A DNA stretch of 64,000 nucleotides from an uncultured Elusimicrobiaceae bacterium (lineage in GTDB: Bacteria > Elusimicrobiota > Elusimicrobia > Elusimicrobiales > UBA9959). The notes under the pieces are model-generated. The model saw only the letters and a program-made list of their open reading frames with translations. It had not been told where the DNA came from and did no database searches. This document shows, piece after piece, positions 47,009 through 56,275 of this stretch (position 1 is the first letter of the stretch; the number at the start of each line of letters is the position of its first letter). A program made the position numbers and the translations under genes. The stretch lies in contig CAYQJX010000014.1 in assembly GCA_964417965.1 (NCBI GenBank), forward strand, positions 50-64,049, given 5' to 3'.

Positions 47009-48782
47009 AGTTATCATAGCCACCGACTGCGGCAGCACCACCACCAAGGCCGTGCTGATAGAAAAGAAAGGCGACACCTACCGCCAGACTTTCCGGGGCG
47101 AGGCTCCGACCACCGTGGAAGCTCCCTTTGAGGACGTGACGAAAGGCGTGCTTAACTCGATAACCGAGGTAGAAGAACTCTCCGGCCGCAAGATCCTGGA
47201 CGGCGAGAAGATCATAACGCCCAATAGCGGCAACATCGGCGCGGATATCTACGTGTCCACCTCCTCGGCCGGCGGCGGCCTGCAGATGATGGTGGCCGGC
47301 GCCGTGAAGGCCATGACCGGAGAATCCGCCCAGCGCTGCGCGCTCGGCGCGGGCGCCATAGTGATGGACGTGCTGGCCTCCAACGACGGCCGCGCGGACC
47401 ACGAGAAGATCGAGCGCATCCGCCAGCTGCGCCCCGACATGATGCTGCTTTCCGGCGGCACCGACGGCGGGACCGTGACCCATGTGGTGGAGCTCGCCCA
47501 GTTCCTGAAAGCCGCGGACCCGAAGCCCCGCCTGGGCGCTTCCTACAAGCTGCCGGTCATCTACGCCGGCAACAACATGGCCCATGAGAAGATCAAAGAG
47601 ATCCTCGGCGACCGCACCGCGCTGATCATTACCGAGAACCTGCGCCCGACCCTGGAGCGCGAGAACCTGATGCCCGCGCGCCACAAGATCCACGATATTT
47701 TCCTTGAGCACGTGATGCAGCAGGCTCCCGGCTACCCGCGCCTGATGAAGATGGTGGGTGCGCCCATCATGCCCACCCCCGCGGCCGTGGGCACCATGAC
47801 CGAGAAGTTCGCCAAGGCCAACGGTTTTAACGTGCTGGCCGTGGACATCGGCGGTGCCACCACCGACGTCTTCTCCGTGTTCAGCGGGGTGTTCAACCGC
47901 ACCGTCAGCGCCAACCTGGGCATGAGCTACTCCATCTCCAACGTGATGGCCGAGGCGGGCCTGGCCAACATCCTGCGGTGGCTGCCGTTCGACATAGACG
48001 AGCAGGACCTGCGCAACCGCCTCAAGAACAAGATGATCCGCCCCACCACTATCCCGCAGACGGTGGAGGACCTGCAGATAGAGCATGCTGTATCCCGCGA
48101 GGCGCTGCGCCTGGCTTTCGACCAGCACAAGGCGCTGGCCGTCGGCCTGAAGGGCGTGCAGCAGGAGCGCTCCATCTCCGACGCTTTCGACCAGACCGCC
48201 TCCGGCCAGAGCCTCATCAACGTGATGAAGCTCGACTATGTGATCGGCTCCGGCGGCATCCTGGCGCATTCCCCCCGCCGCACCCAGTCGATGATGATGA
48301 TGATAGACGCCTACCAGCCCGAAGGCATCACCCGCATGGCCGTGGACAGCATCTTCATGATGCCGCACCTGGGCGTGCTGGCCCAGATCAGCGAGAAGGC
48401 CGCGCTGGACGTGTTCTACCACGACTGCCTAGTGCGCATGGGCACCTGCCTCGCGCCCAAGGGCCTGGCCAAGGACGGCCAGCTGATCATGGAGTGGGAA
48501 GTCACCGGCTCCGACGGCAAGAAACAGGCCGGGCAGCTGCGCTTCGGCGACATCCTGCATGTGCCTTTTGATTCCCCGAAAGCCAGGCTCGTGGCCAAAC
48601 CCGTAAAGGGCTTTGACATGGGCGCCGGTTCCGGCAGCAGGGTGGAGGCGGAGATAGAGGGCGGCGTGGTGGGCCTGGTGCTCGACGGCCGCGGCCGGCC
48701 CTTCAATATCTCCAAGGAACCCGCCAAGCGCCGCGATAACCTTAACAAGTGGTACAAGTCCATGGGGATGTACCCGGTGTAA
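46989..48782 (+). CDS. GlmL/MutL-like ASKHA-fold ATPase
   Basis: 597 aa with an AAGGAAGA Shine-Dalgarno. ATDCGSTTTK phosphate-1 motif, a second VDIGGATTDV motif and SGGTDGG. Collinear with the glutamate-mutase accessory protein family, but no mutase genes are nearby. Confidence 0.65.
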   Translation: MSKKDLEVIIATDCGSTTTKAVLIEKKGDTYRQTFRGEAPTTVEAPFEDVTKGVLNSITEVEELSGRKILDGEKIITPNSGNIGADIYVSTSSAGGGLQMMVAGAVKAMTGESAQRCALGAGAIVMDVLASNDGRADHEKIERIRQLRPDMMLLSGGTDGGTVTHVVELAQFLKAADPKPRLGASYKLPVIYAGNNMAHEKIKEILGDRTALIITENLRPTLERENLMPARHKIHDIFLEHVMQQAPGYPRLMKMVGAPIMPTPAAVGTMTEKFAKANGFNVLAVDIGGATTDVFSVFSGVFNRTVSANLGMSYSISNVMAEAGLANILRWLPFDIDEQDLRNRLKNKMIRPTTIPQTVEDLQIEHAVSREALRLAFDQHKALAVGLKGVQQERSISDAFDQTASGQSLINVMKLDYVIGSGGILAHSPRRTQSMMMMIDAYQPEGITRMAVDSIFMMPHLGVLAQISEKAALDVFYHDCLVRMGTCLAPKGLAKDGQLIMEWEVTGSDGKKQAGQLRFGDILHVPFDSPKARLVAKPVKGFDMGAGSGSRVEAEIEGGVVGLVLDGRGRPFNISKEPAKRRDNLNKWYKSMGMYPV

Positions 48783-48816
48783 CGCGACAGATCTTACGAA
48801 AACTGGAGAAAACAAT

Positions 48817-49941
48817 ATGGCTCACGCATATACCCCCGGACTTAAAGTAATGCCCTGCACGCTGTTCAGGAAGAAGCGCCTGCTGCCGATCCCCGGCAAA
48901 GTGCTGGTGGCCGAAGGCAAGCAGGTGGAAGCTACCGACATAGTGGCCCAGACCGAACTGCCCGGCAAGGTGTTCCCGATCAATATAGCCAACCGCATGT
49001 CGGTCGCCCCGGAAGAGATAAAGGACCTGCTGCTGAAAAAAGAGGGCGATACGGTCAGGAAGGGCGAGATCATCGCCGAGAACAAGCCTTTCATCAAGTG
49101 GTTCAAAACTACCCTGGAATCGCCGATAGACGGGACGGTGGACTCTGTCTCCCACCTTACCGGCCAGATCATGCTGCGCGAGCCTCCGAAGGTGCTGCCG
49201 CTGCCGGCCTACATTAAAGGCAGGGTGGTGGAGGTGACCCCCGAGTTCGGCGTGACCATAGAGTCCGAAGGCACGTTCATCCAGGGCATCTTCGGCATCG
49301 GCGGCGAGACCAACGGCGAGATCCACATGGCCGCGAAGAGCCCCGACGAAGAGCTTACCCCGGAATCCATTAACGAAGCCTGCCGCGGCAAGATCGTGAT
49401 CGGCGGCAAGCACGCGGGGATCACCGCCATCAAGCGCGGCGTAGAGATGGGCGTGAAAGCCATCGTGGTGGGCGGCATTCACGACCGCGACCTGCGCCAG
49501 CTGCTGGGCTACGACATAGGCGTGGCCGTGACCGGCACCGAGAAGATAGGGCTGACCGTGATCGTTACCGAGGGCTTCGGCATGATCCCGATGGCCGAGT
49601 ACACCTTTAAACTGCTGGCCTCCCGCAACGGCGAGAAAGCTTCCGTCTCCGGCGCCACGCAGATCCGCGCCGGCGTGATGCGGCCCGAGATCATCGTACC
49701 CGGCTTCCCCAAGAACGTCACCGAGTGCAAGAAGGACCAGGGCCGCGGCTGGATAGAACCCGGCGACCCCATCCGCATCATCCGCGAGCCGCACTTCGGC
49801 GTGATCGGCACGGTGAAGTCCCTGCCCCCGGAGCTGACCGTGATCGGCAGCGAATCCCACGCCCGCGTGCTGGAAGTTACCCTTGACGGCGGGGAAGTGA
49901 TAGTAATCCCCCGCGCCAACATCGAAGTTTTGGAGAAGTAG
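48817..49941 (+). CDS. Conserved hypothetical protein (N-terminal barrel-sandwich hybrid, central Rossmann-like region, C-terminal KOW-like region)
   Basis: 374 aa with a GGAGAA Shine-Dalgarno. The domain guesses come from sequence patterns only (GDTVRKGEIIAE; VVGGIHDRDL; TVIVTEGFG). Confidence 0.5.
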   Translation: MAHAYTPGLKVMPCTLFRKKRLLPIPGKVLVAEGKQVEATDIVAQTELPGKVFPINIANRMSVAPEEIKDLLLKKEGDTVRKGEIIAENKPFIKWFKTTLESPIDGTVDSVSHLTGQIMLREPPKVLPLPAYIKGRVVEVTPEFGVTIESEGTFIQGIFGIGGETNGEIHMAAKSPDEELTPESINEACRGKIVIGGKHAGITAIKRGVEMGVKAIVVGGIHDRDLRQLLGYDIGVAVTGTEKIGLTVIVTEGFGMIPMAEYTFKLLASRNGEKASVSGATQIRAGVMRPEIIVPGFPKNVTECKKDQGRGWIEPGDPIRIIREPHFGVIGTVKSLPPELTVIGSESHARVLEVTLDGGEVIVIPRANIEVLEK

Positions 49942-49962
49942 GCAGCGCGGCCGGCGGCCGTT

Positions 49963-50010
49963 TATCGGTAACCAGCCGGGAGCTTTAAGCCCCTGAACTG
50001 GTTACCGATA
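49963..50010 (+). other. Intra-operon hairpin (13-bp stem, 22-nt loop)
   Basis: tatcggtaaccag (49963-49975) pairs with ctggttaccgata (49998-50010). No T-run follows. Confidence 0.4.
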
Positions 50011-50039
50011 ACTATTCCCGGGCCGCCCCCCGGCAACTT

Positions 50040-52271
50040 ATGGCTAAAAAAGCACAGCAAAAAAAGACGCCTCCCGCCGCGGCCGCGGTGACCCCCAGGC
50101 TGCCTGCCATGGCCGTGACCGCCCTGATCGCGGCGTGGCTGCTCGTCGTGCTGGTAAATTACACGGCCCAGAATGGCTTTTTTACGCTGTCCCCTTTCGC
50201 CCCCCCGCTCTGGCTGACCAACCTGGGCCGGGCCGGCCACCTGTTCATGTACGCGCCGCAGCTGCTGCTGCTGGCCCTGTTCTCGGCCTCCGCGCTGCTG
50301 CTCGGCGGGACCCTGCTGCGGGCGGTCGCCGGGCCGGAGAATAAAGACATCGGCGGCCTGGACTGGCTGCTGTTCTCGCTGGGCCTCGGCTTCGGCGCGC
50401 TTTCGCTGCTGACCCTGGGCCTGGGTTTTGCCGGCCAGCTCAACCGGCCCGCCCTCCTCGCCGTCCTGGGCGCCGCCTGCGTGCCCGGGGCCGTTTGGTT
50501 CAGGGCGGATTTCAGCGGGCGGCTGGCCGGGCTGCTGGCCGAAGTCAGGTCCGTCCGGTTCTCCGGCTTCGACCTGGTGCTGTTGTTCCTGCTGGCGCTG
50601 TACGGCGCCTCGGCGCTGGTCTGGACCCTGGCGCCGGAGATCTTCTTTGACTCCCTGGTCTACCACCTCGCCGTGCCGTCATCCTACCTGCAGGAGGGCC
50701 GCGTTCTCGCCGAGCCCCACAACCTCAATTCCGCCTTCCCGCTGCTGATGCAGATGCTTTACGCGGCCGGCCTGCTGCTTTCCGACGACGTGCTGCCCAA
50801 GCTGATGCATTTCTCCACGGGGCTGTTCCTGCTGGGCACGCTGTTCGCCATGGGCCGGCGCTGGTTTTCGGTTACCGCCGGGCTGCTCGCCTGCGTCATC
50901 TTCCTGGGCATGCCGATGTCGCTTATCAACATGTGCAGCACCGGCGTGGAGATAGGTTCGGCCTGGTTCACCGCGCTGGCCGTCTACGCCCTGCTCCTTT
51001 TTTCCGCCAGGGAGGGCGGCCCCGGGCCCGTTTTCGACAGGACCCTGCTGCTGGCCGGGATCTTCGCGGGCCTCGCCTGCGGCACCAAGTACCCGGCCCT
51101 GTTCACCGTCATTGCCGGCGGCGCGGTGGTCCTCTACCGGCGCCCGGACATGGACTCGCCCCGCGACTACGGCCTGGCCCTCAAGCGGGCGCTGGTCTTC
51201 GGAGGGGCGGCCGCGCTTGTCTTTCTGCCGTGGCCGCTGAAGAACCTGGTCTTCCACGGCAACCCGCTGTACCCGTTCTTCGGCAAGTTGCTGGGCGGGC
51301 AGCTGGTGGACCCGGTGAAGTGGGCTATCTTCAACTCTGACTGTTTCTCGCGCGACCTGGGCGCCGCCTTCCGCACGGTCAGCGACTTTTTCCGGTTCGT
51401 GTTCCACCCCTGGTACATTACTATGTCCGGGATGGGCAACGCCGATTTCGTCGGACCGTTCCTCCTGATCTGCCTGCCGCTGCTGCTGCTGTACCGGCTG
51501 CAGAAGCCGGTGCTGCGCCACCTGGCGCTGTACCTGGCCGTGATGTGGTGCCTGTGGGCGCTGTCCACCACCATGCCCCGCTACTTCCTCCCCTCCCTGT
51601 CCCTGCTGAGCCTGCTGCTGGCCGCGGTGATAACGGAGTCGGGCAGCGCCGTCCTGAAATGGACCCTGCAGGGCGCGCTGGTGGTTTTCTCCCTCTACAG
51701 CGCGCAGTGGATCAGCGAGCTGACAAAATCCCAGGAGGGCTGGCGGGTGGTCTTCGGGCTGCAGTCCAGGGCGGAGTACCTGAGCGCCGCCCATTCGGCG
51801 TATCCCATGCCCTACTACCCGGCCATGGAATATATAAATTCCTCGCTGCCTCCGGACAGCCGGGTGCTGTTCGCCGGGGACAGCCGGAGCTTTTTCTGCG
51901 AGCGCAAGTCGGTCGGGGTTTCCGTGCACGACGTGCACCCGCTGGTGCTCTTCGCCCGCGCCTCCTCCACCCCGGAGGAAATGCAGGCGCGGGTAGCCGC
52001 CGCCGGGATAACCCACCTTTTCCTCAACCTGGGCGAGGCGGTGCGCCTGGATAAGAGCTACCACCTGTTCCAGTGGGACGAGAAAAGCCTCGGCGTCTTT
52101 AACGCCTGGTGGGCCCGTTACGCCGAGCAGCTCTGGAGCGACATGCGCAACAGCCCGTCGGATTACCGCCTGCTGTTCGTCTACAGGCTGACCCCCGGGG
52201 GCAGGCCCGCCTCGGCGCCGCAGCCCCACAATTACATTTACGACCTTTACCTGAAGGGTCTGGAAAAATAG
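50040..52271 (+). CDS. GT-C fold membrane glycosyltransferase (ArnT/PMT-like) with C-terminal soluble domain
   Basis: 743 aa with ~13 TM segments. An early periplasmic-loop acidic motif (EIFFDSLVYH). ~200-aa C-terminal non-membrane domain. The start is uncertain because there is no Shine-Dalgarno. Confidence 0.6.
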   Translation: MAKKAQQKKTPPAAAAVTPRLPAMAVTALIAAWLLVVLVNYTAQNGFFTLSPFAPPLWLTNLGRAGHLFMYAPQLLLLALFSASALLLGGTLLRAVAGPENKDIGGLDWLLFSLGLGFGALSLLTLGLGFAGQLNRPALLAVLGAACVPGAVWFRADFSGRLAGLLAEVRSVRFSGFDLVLLFLLALYGASALVWTLAPEIFFDSLVYHLAVPSSYLQEGRVLAEPHNLNSAFPLLMQMLYAAGLLLSDDVLPKLMHFSTGLFLLGTLFAMGRRWFSVTAGLLACVIFLGMPMSLINMCSTGVEIGSAWFTALAVYALLLFSAREGGPGPVFDRTLLLAGIFAGLACGTKYPALFTVIAGGAVVLYRRPDMDSPRDYGLALKRALVFGGAAALVFLPWPLKNLVFHGNPLYPFFGKLLGGQLVDPVKWAIFNSDCFSRDLGAAFRTVSDFFRFVFHPWYITMSGMGNADFVGPFLLICLPLLLLYRLQKPVLRHLALYLAVMWCLWALSTTMPRYFLPSLSLLSLLLAAVITESGSAVLKWTLQGALVVFSLYSAQWISELTKSQEGWRVVFGLQSRAEYLSAAHSAYPMPYYPAMEYINSSLPPDSRVLFAGDSRSFFCERKSVGVSVHDVHPLVLFARASSTPEEMQARVAAAGITHLFLNLGEAVRLDKSYHLFQWDEKSLGVFNAWWARYAEQLWSDMRNSPSDYRLLFVYRLTPGGRPASAPQPHNYIYDLYLKGLEK

Positions 52272-52286
52272 CGGGAGGATAAGCCA

Positions 52287-53456
52287 GTGAGCGAAAAACT
52301 TTCGATAGTCATACCGGCGTACAACGAGCAGGCTTCCATCGCCGGCATAGTCGGGCGCTGCCTCGCCGCCGGGGCGCCGATCTGCGCGGCCACCGGCCTG
52401 ACAGGAGTGGAAGTGCTGGTCGTGGACGACGGCTCGCGCGATAAGACCGGCGAGATCGCCGCCGCTATCCCGGGCGCCAGGCTGATAACCCACCCGCAGA
52501 ACAAGGGCTACGGCCAGGCCCTGATGACGGGGTTCGCCGCCGCGACGGGCGACTACCTCAGCTTCCTCGACGCCGACGGGACCTGCGACCCGCTGGCTTT
52601 CATAGAACTTTACAAGGCCCTTAAGCGGGAGAACGCCGACATGGCCGTGGGCAACCGCCTGCACGCCGGCTCGCAGATGCCGCGGGTGCGGTATATAGGC
52701 AACCGCCTCTACGGCTGGCTGATCTCGCTGCTTTCCGGCGTGCACGTGGAGGACACGGCCAGCGGCATGCGCCTCTTTTCCGCCCGGCTGCTGCCGCGCC
52801 TGGCCCCGCTGCCGAGCGGCCTGCACTTTACCCCCGCCATGACCGCCCGCATGGCCTGCATGGGCGCGCGCATAACGGAAACCCCCATCCCTTACGCCGA
52901 GCGGGAGGGCAGGTCCAAGCTGAGCGTGGTGAGGGACGGGCTCAGGTTCCTGCGCGTCATCCTGGGCATCATCTTCGCCTATTTCCCGCTGCGCATCTTC
53001 GGCCCCATAGGCCTGGTCTTCCTGGTCACCGCGCTGGCCTATTCCATCGGCCCCGTTTCCTTTTACCTGCGCAACCGCTACCTGCACGAGGACGTGATCT
53101 ACCGGCTGATCACCATCTCCACGCTGTGCGTCTGCGGCCTTACGGCGCTGATCTTCGGGCTGATAGGCCAGAGGGTGTCCAATGTTTCGGTGCGCCGCGT
53201 CCGCGGCGCCCTGGAAGCCGGCTGGCTGCGGGGCGGCTCCCTGCTGGCCGGGGCGCTGCTCGGCGCCGCCGGGGTGGCCCTTAATTCCTGGACGATCCTG
53301 GAGTACCTCTCGAGCGGGCGCATAACCATCCACTGGGTCTACGTGCTGACCGGGGGCCTGCTGGTCATCCTGGGCACGCTGCTGCTCTGCGCCGGCATCA
53401 TGATGGCGATACTGGACCACCTGCCCGACTCCGGCGCCCCCAGCCGTTCGCTTTAG
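52287..53456 (+). CDS. GT2 polyprenyl-phosphate glycosyltransferase-like enzyme with C-terminal TM helices
   Basis: GTG start with a GGGAGGA Shine-Dalgarno. IVIPAYNE, VVDDGSRD, NKGYG and a DAD motif. Four C-terminal TM helices as in ArnC/GtrB/DPM1-like enzymes. Confidence 0.8.
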   Translation: MSEKLSIVIPAYNEQASIAGIVGRCLAAGAPICAATGLTGVEVLVVDDGSRDKTGEIAAAIPGARLITHPQNKGYGQALMTGFAAATGDYLSFLDADGTCDPLAFIELYKALKRENADMAVGNRLHAGSQMPRVRYIGNRLYGWLISLLSGVHVEDTASGMRLFSARLLPRLAPLPSGLHFTPAMTARMACMGARITETPIPYAEREGRSKLSVVRDGLRFLRVILGIIFAYFPLRIFGPIGLVFLVTALAYSIGPVSFYLRNRYLHEDVIYRLITISTLCVCGLTALIFGLIGQRVSNVSVRRVRGALEAGWLRGGSLLAGALLGAAGVALNSWTILEYLSSGRITIHWVYVLTGGLLVILGTLLLCAGIMMAILDHLPDSGAPSRSL

Positions 53457-53504
53457 TGTTTTCCCTTGCCTGAAAAATCCATAAAGTGTATATTATTAAC
53501 AGTT

Positions 53505-54758
53505 ATGTTAAAAACACGACTCAACCTTGCTGTGTTATCTGTTTTCCTTGCGGCTTCCGTTGTTTCAGCCGCGACTCCCGCCTCCCAGAAAAATGCCCCG
53601 ACCGCCCCGGACCTGTCCGGCTTCGCGGCCAAGGACATGCCCTATGACAAGGGCGAGGCGGTTCTCCTTACCTGGCCCTCCGGGCCCGCCGACGTGCCAG
53701 GCGCCGTCTACCAGGTCTACGCGGCCTCCGGTAAAGACTGGGTCAAGGTGGAAGAGTTCCCGGCCGAAACGAAGCTGGCCGCCGACGTCGAGCTGCCCTT
53801 CTGGGCGTGGGACCGCCACGCCGCGCTGCACGTGGTGCAGCTGGACCTGCCCGGCTTCTTCAATGATTTCAAGATAGGCAACGAGTACCGGTTCAAGGTA
53901 AAGTACGTCAACGGCAAGGTGACGGCGGAAAGCGCCGAACTCCCGGCCGCGCCCAAGCCTAACCTCTTCAACCTGGCCCGGCTCAACAACCTGCTGCTGC
54001 TCATCGTGACGACCATCGTCTTCTTCTGGACCGTGTCGCACGCCAAGCGCAAGGGCGGGCTGTTCATCCGCCGCATCGCCGGCCTCGACGCCATAGACGA
54101 AGCCGTCGGCCGCGCCACCGAAATGGGCCGCCCGATCTTCTACTCCACCGGCATCGGCGGCATGAGCGGCGTGCCCACCATCGCCTCTACCTCTATCCTG
54201 GCCGAGGTCGCCAAAAAAGTCGCCGCGCACGACACCCAGCTCAAGGTGCCGCACTTCGACCCCATCGTGATGACCGTCTCCAAGGAGATAGTCAAGCAGG
54301 CCTACGCCGAGGTGAATCGCCTGGACTCCTACCGCGACGACATCAACTTCTTCGTCAGCCAGGACCAGTTCTCCTACGCCGCCTCCGTGGACGGCATGAT
54401 CCACCGCGAGAAGCCGGCCGCCTGCTTCTTCATCGGCCACTTCATGGCCGAGTCGCTGCTGCTGGCCGAGGTCGGCGCCACTACCGGCGCCATCCAGATC
54501 GCCGGCACCGAGCAGGAATCGCAGCTGCCGTTCTTCTTCACCTCCTGCGACTACACGCTCATCGGCGAGGAACTCTACGCCGCCGGCGCGTACCTGTCCA
54601 AGGAGCCCATGCTGCAGAGCACGCTCAAGGTGCAGGACTTCGGCAAGGCCTTCGTGATGTTCTCCATAGTCGCGGGGTCGGCGCTGCTGCTGGCCGGCAC
54701 CTGGTTCAAGATGGACACGCTGGTCACGGTGGTAAAGCACCTCTTCAAGGCCTATTGA
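53505..54758 (+). CDS. Uncharacterised bitopic/polytopic membrane protein (module gene 1)
   Basis: ATG at 53505 is preferred over the TTG at 53466. Signal peptide, a ~130-aa beta-rich exported domain, one TM helix, a ~230-aa soluble domain and a C-terminal TM helix. Confidence 0.55.
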   Translation: MLKTRLNLAVLSVFLAASVVSAATPASQKNAPTAPDLSGFAAKDMPYDKGEAVLLTWPSGPADVPGAVYQVYAASGKDWVKVEEFPAETKLAADVELPFWAWDRHAALHVVQLDLPGFFNDFKIGNEYRFKVKYVNGKVTAESAELPAAPKPNLFNLARLNNLLLLIVTTIVFFWTVSHAKRKGGLFIRRIAGLDAIDEAVGRATEMGRPIFYSTGIGGMSGVPTIASTSILAEVAKKVAAHDTQLKVPHFDPIVMTVSKEIVKQAYAEVNRLDSYRDDINFFVSQDQFSYAASVDGMIHREKPAACFFIGHFMAESLLLAEVGATTGAIQIAGTEQESQLPFFFTSCDYTLIGEELYAAGAYLSKEPMLQSTLKVQDFGKAFVMFSIVAGSALLLAGTWFKMDTLVTVVKHLFKAY

Positions 54759-54759
54759 T

Positions 54760-55431
54760 ATGACATTGATAAAAAAACACATACCGCTGGCTATCTGCTT
54801 CATCGTCGGCCTCCTGACGCTGAGCTCCTATTATGTCCCTACACAGGCCTCTGAAAAATATGTGGAGACCATGAATAAGTGGGAGAACATCGTGGCCGGC
54901 TTCGCGTTCCTGCTGGGCCTGTTCAGCCTGTTCTTCTCGCATACCCGCAAGATCACCCGCAAGGTGGACGGCTGGGGCTACAGCCTGTTCGTCTTTGTGG
55001 GCTTCCTCGCGATGGTCGTCCCGGCCATCGTGAGCAACGGCAAGCAGATGGTCGGCGCCGACCTGACCGGTCTGGGCTGGGGCTACCGCTTCCTGTTCAA
55101 TGCCCTCTCCGGCACGATGTTCTCGGTGCTGGCATTCTACATCGTCTCCACGGCGTACCGCGCGTTCCGCATCAAGTCGCTGCAGGCCGGCGTGCTGTTC
55201 GCGGCGGCGCTGGTGCTGATGCTCGCCAAGGTGCCGCTCGGCCAGATGATCTGGGAAAGCCTGTTCGGCTGGACCGGGGTCTGGGATATCGCCCAGATCG
55301 GCCAGTGGCTCATGGACGTCCCGGCGGTGGCCGGCAAGCGCGGCATCATGATGGGCCTCGCGATAGGCGGCATCGTGACGGCGCTGAAGATCATCTTCGG
55401 CATCGAGCGCCAGTACATGGGTAAGGACTGA
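54760..55431 (+). CDS. Uncharacterised polytopic membrane protein (module gene 2)
   Basis: 223 aa with ~6 TM segments. Starts 1 nt after the upstream stop. Confidence 0.55.
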   Translation: MTLIKKHIPLAICFIVGLLTLSSYYVPTQASEKYVETMNKWENIVAGFAFLLGLFSLFFSHTRKITRKVDGWGYSLFVFVGFLAMVVPAIVSNGKQMVGADLTGLGWGYRFLFNALSGTMFSVLAFYIVSTAYRAFRIKSLQAGVLFAAALVLMLAKVPLGQMIWESLFGWTGVWDIAQIGQWLMDVPAVAGKRGIMMGLAIGGIVTALKIIFGIERQYMGKD

Positions 55432-55434
55432 ACC

Positions 55435-56262
55435 ATGAAAAACATTATCGAAAAGATCCTGAAAATTGACAGGCGCCTGATCTTCCTGGCGCTGACGATC
55501 CTGCTGGTGTTCCCGATCGTCAGGCCGCTGGGCCTGCCGAACAAGAACATCGGCAACGAAGTGAAGGCCCTCTACGAGAAGATCGAGAGTCTGCCCGCCG
55601 GCTCCTTCCTCCTGCTGTCGCTGGATTACGACCCGGCGACCCGCCCCGAGCTGCACCCGCAGGCGGTGGCGGTTATCAAGCACGCCTTCCGCAAGGACCT
55701 GCGCGTCATGATCCTGACGCTGAACGCCGGCGCTACCGGCCTCATCGACGAGATCGGCGAGCGCATCCCCAAGGATATCGCCCCGTCCAAGAAGTACGGG
55801 ACCGACTACGTGATCCTGCCCTACCAGCCCAACCCGGTGGCCGTGATGACGCAGCTCGGCATGGACATGTACCAGATCTACGACAAGGACCGGGACGGCG
55901 CCCTGCTCAGGGAGATGCCGGTCATGAAAGGCATCCGCAACGTCAAGGATATGCAGCTCGGCATGTGCATCACCGGCACGGCCATGCTGGACTACTGGGT
56001 CGCCTACACGGGCGACAAGTTCAAGATGCCCTTTGCCGGCGGCACCACCGCAGTCAGCCAGATAGGTTATGCGCCTTACCTGCAGACCGGCCAGCTGAAG
56101 GGCCTGATGGGCGGCATGAAGGGCGCGGCCGACTACGAGCTGCTGATAGGCGCCAAGGAAAAGGGCACGGCCGGACTGGACGCGCTCAGCCTCGCCCACA
56201 TCATGGTGATAGGCCTGATCGTGGTGGCCAACATCATGATGTTCTGGCTCAAGTACCTGTAA
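55435..56262 (+). CDS. Uncharacterised membrane-anchored protein (module gene 3)
   Basis: 275 aa with N- and C-terminal TM helices flanking a soluble alpha/beta-looking domain. AAGGA Shine-Dalgarno upstream. Confidence 0.55.
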   Translation: MKNIIEKILKIDRRLIFLALTILLVFPIVRPLGLPNKNIGNEVKALYEKIESLPAGSFLLLSLDYDPATRPELHPQAVAVIKHAFRKDLRVMILTLNAGATGLIDEIGERIPKDIAPSKKYGTDYVILPYQPNPVAVMTQLGMDMYQIYDKDRDGALLREMPVMKGIRNVKDMQLGMCITGTAMLDYWVAYTGDKFKMPFAGGTTAVSQIGYAPYLQTGQLKGLMGGMKGAADYELLIGAKEKGTAGLDALSLAHIMVIGLIVVANIMMFWLKYL

Positions 56263-56275
56263 TTTAGGAGAAATT

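Noticed and set aside
46989-48782. Annotation of the ASKHA ATPase as part of a glutamate fermentation (methylaspartate) pathway
   Set aside because: No glutamate mutase S/E subunits or methylaspartase are in the operon or the window. Only the family resemblance is retained.
50679-53420. 913-aa minus-strand ORF opposite the GT-C and GT2 genes (also 48742..49860 and 54745..56328)
   Set aside because: Shadow ORFs with extreme Arg/Gly/Gln/His/Pro content. The plus-strand frames have TM-helix periodicity, GT2 motifs and Shine-Dalgarno-supported starts.
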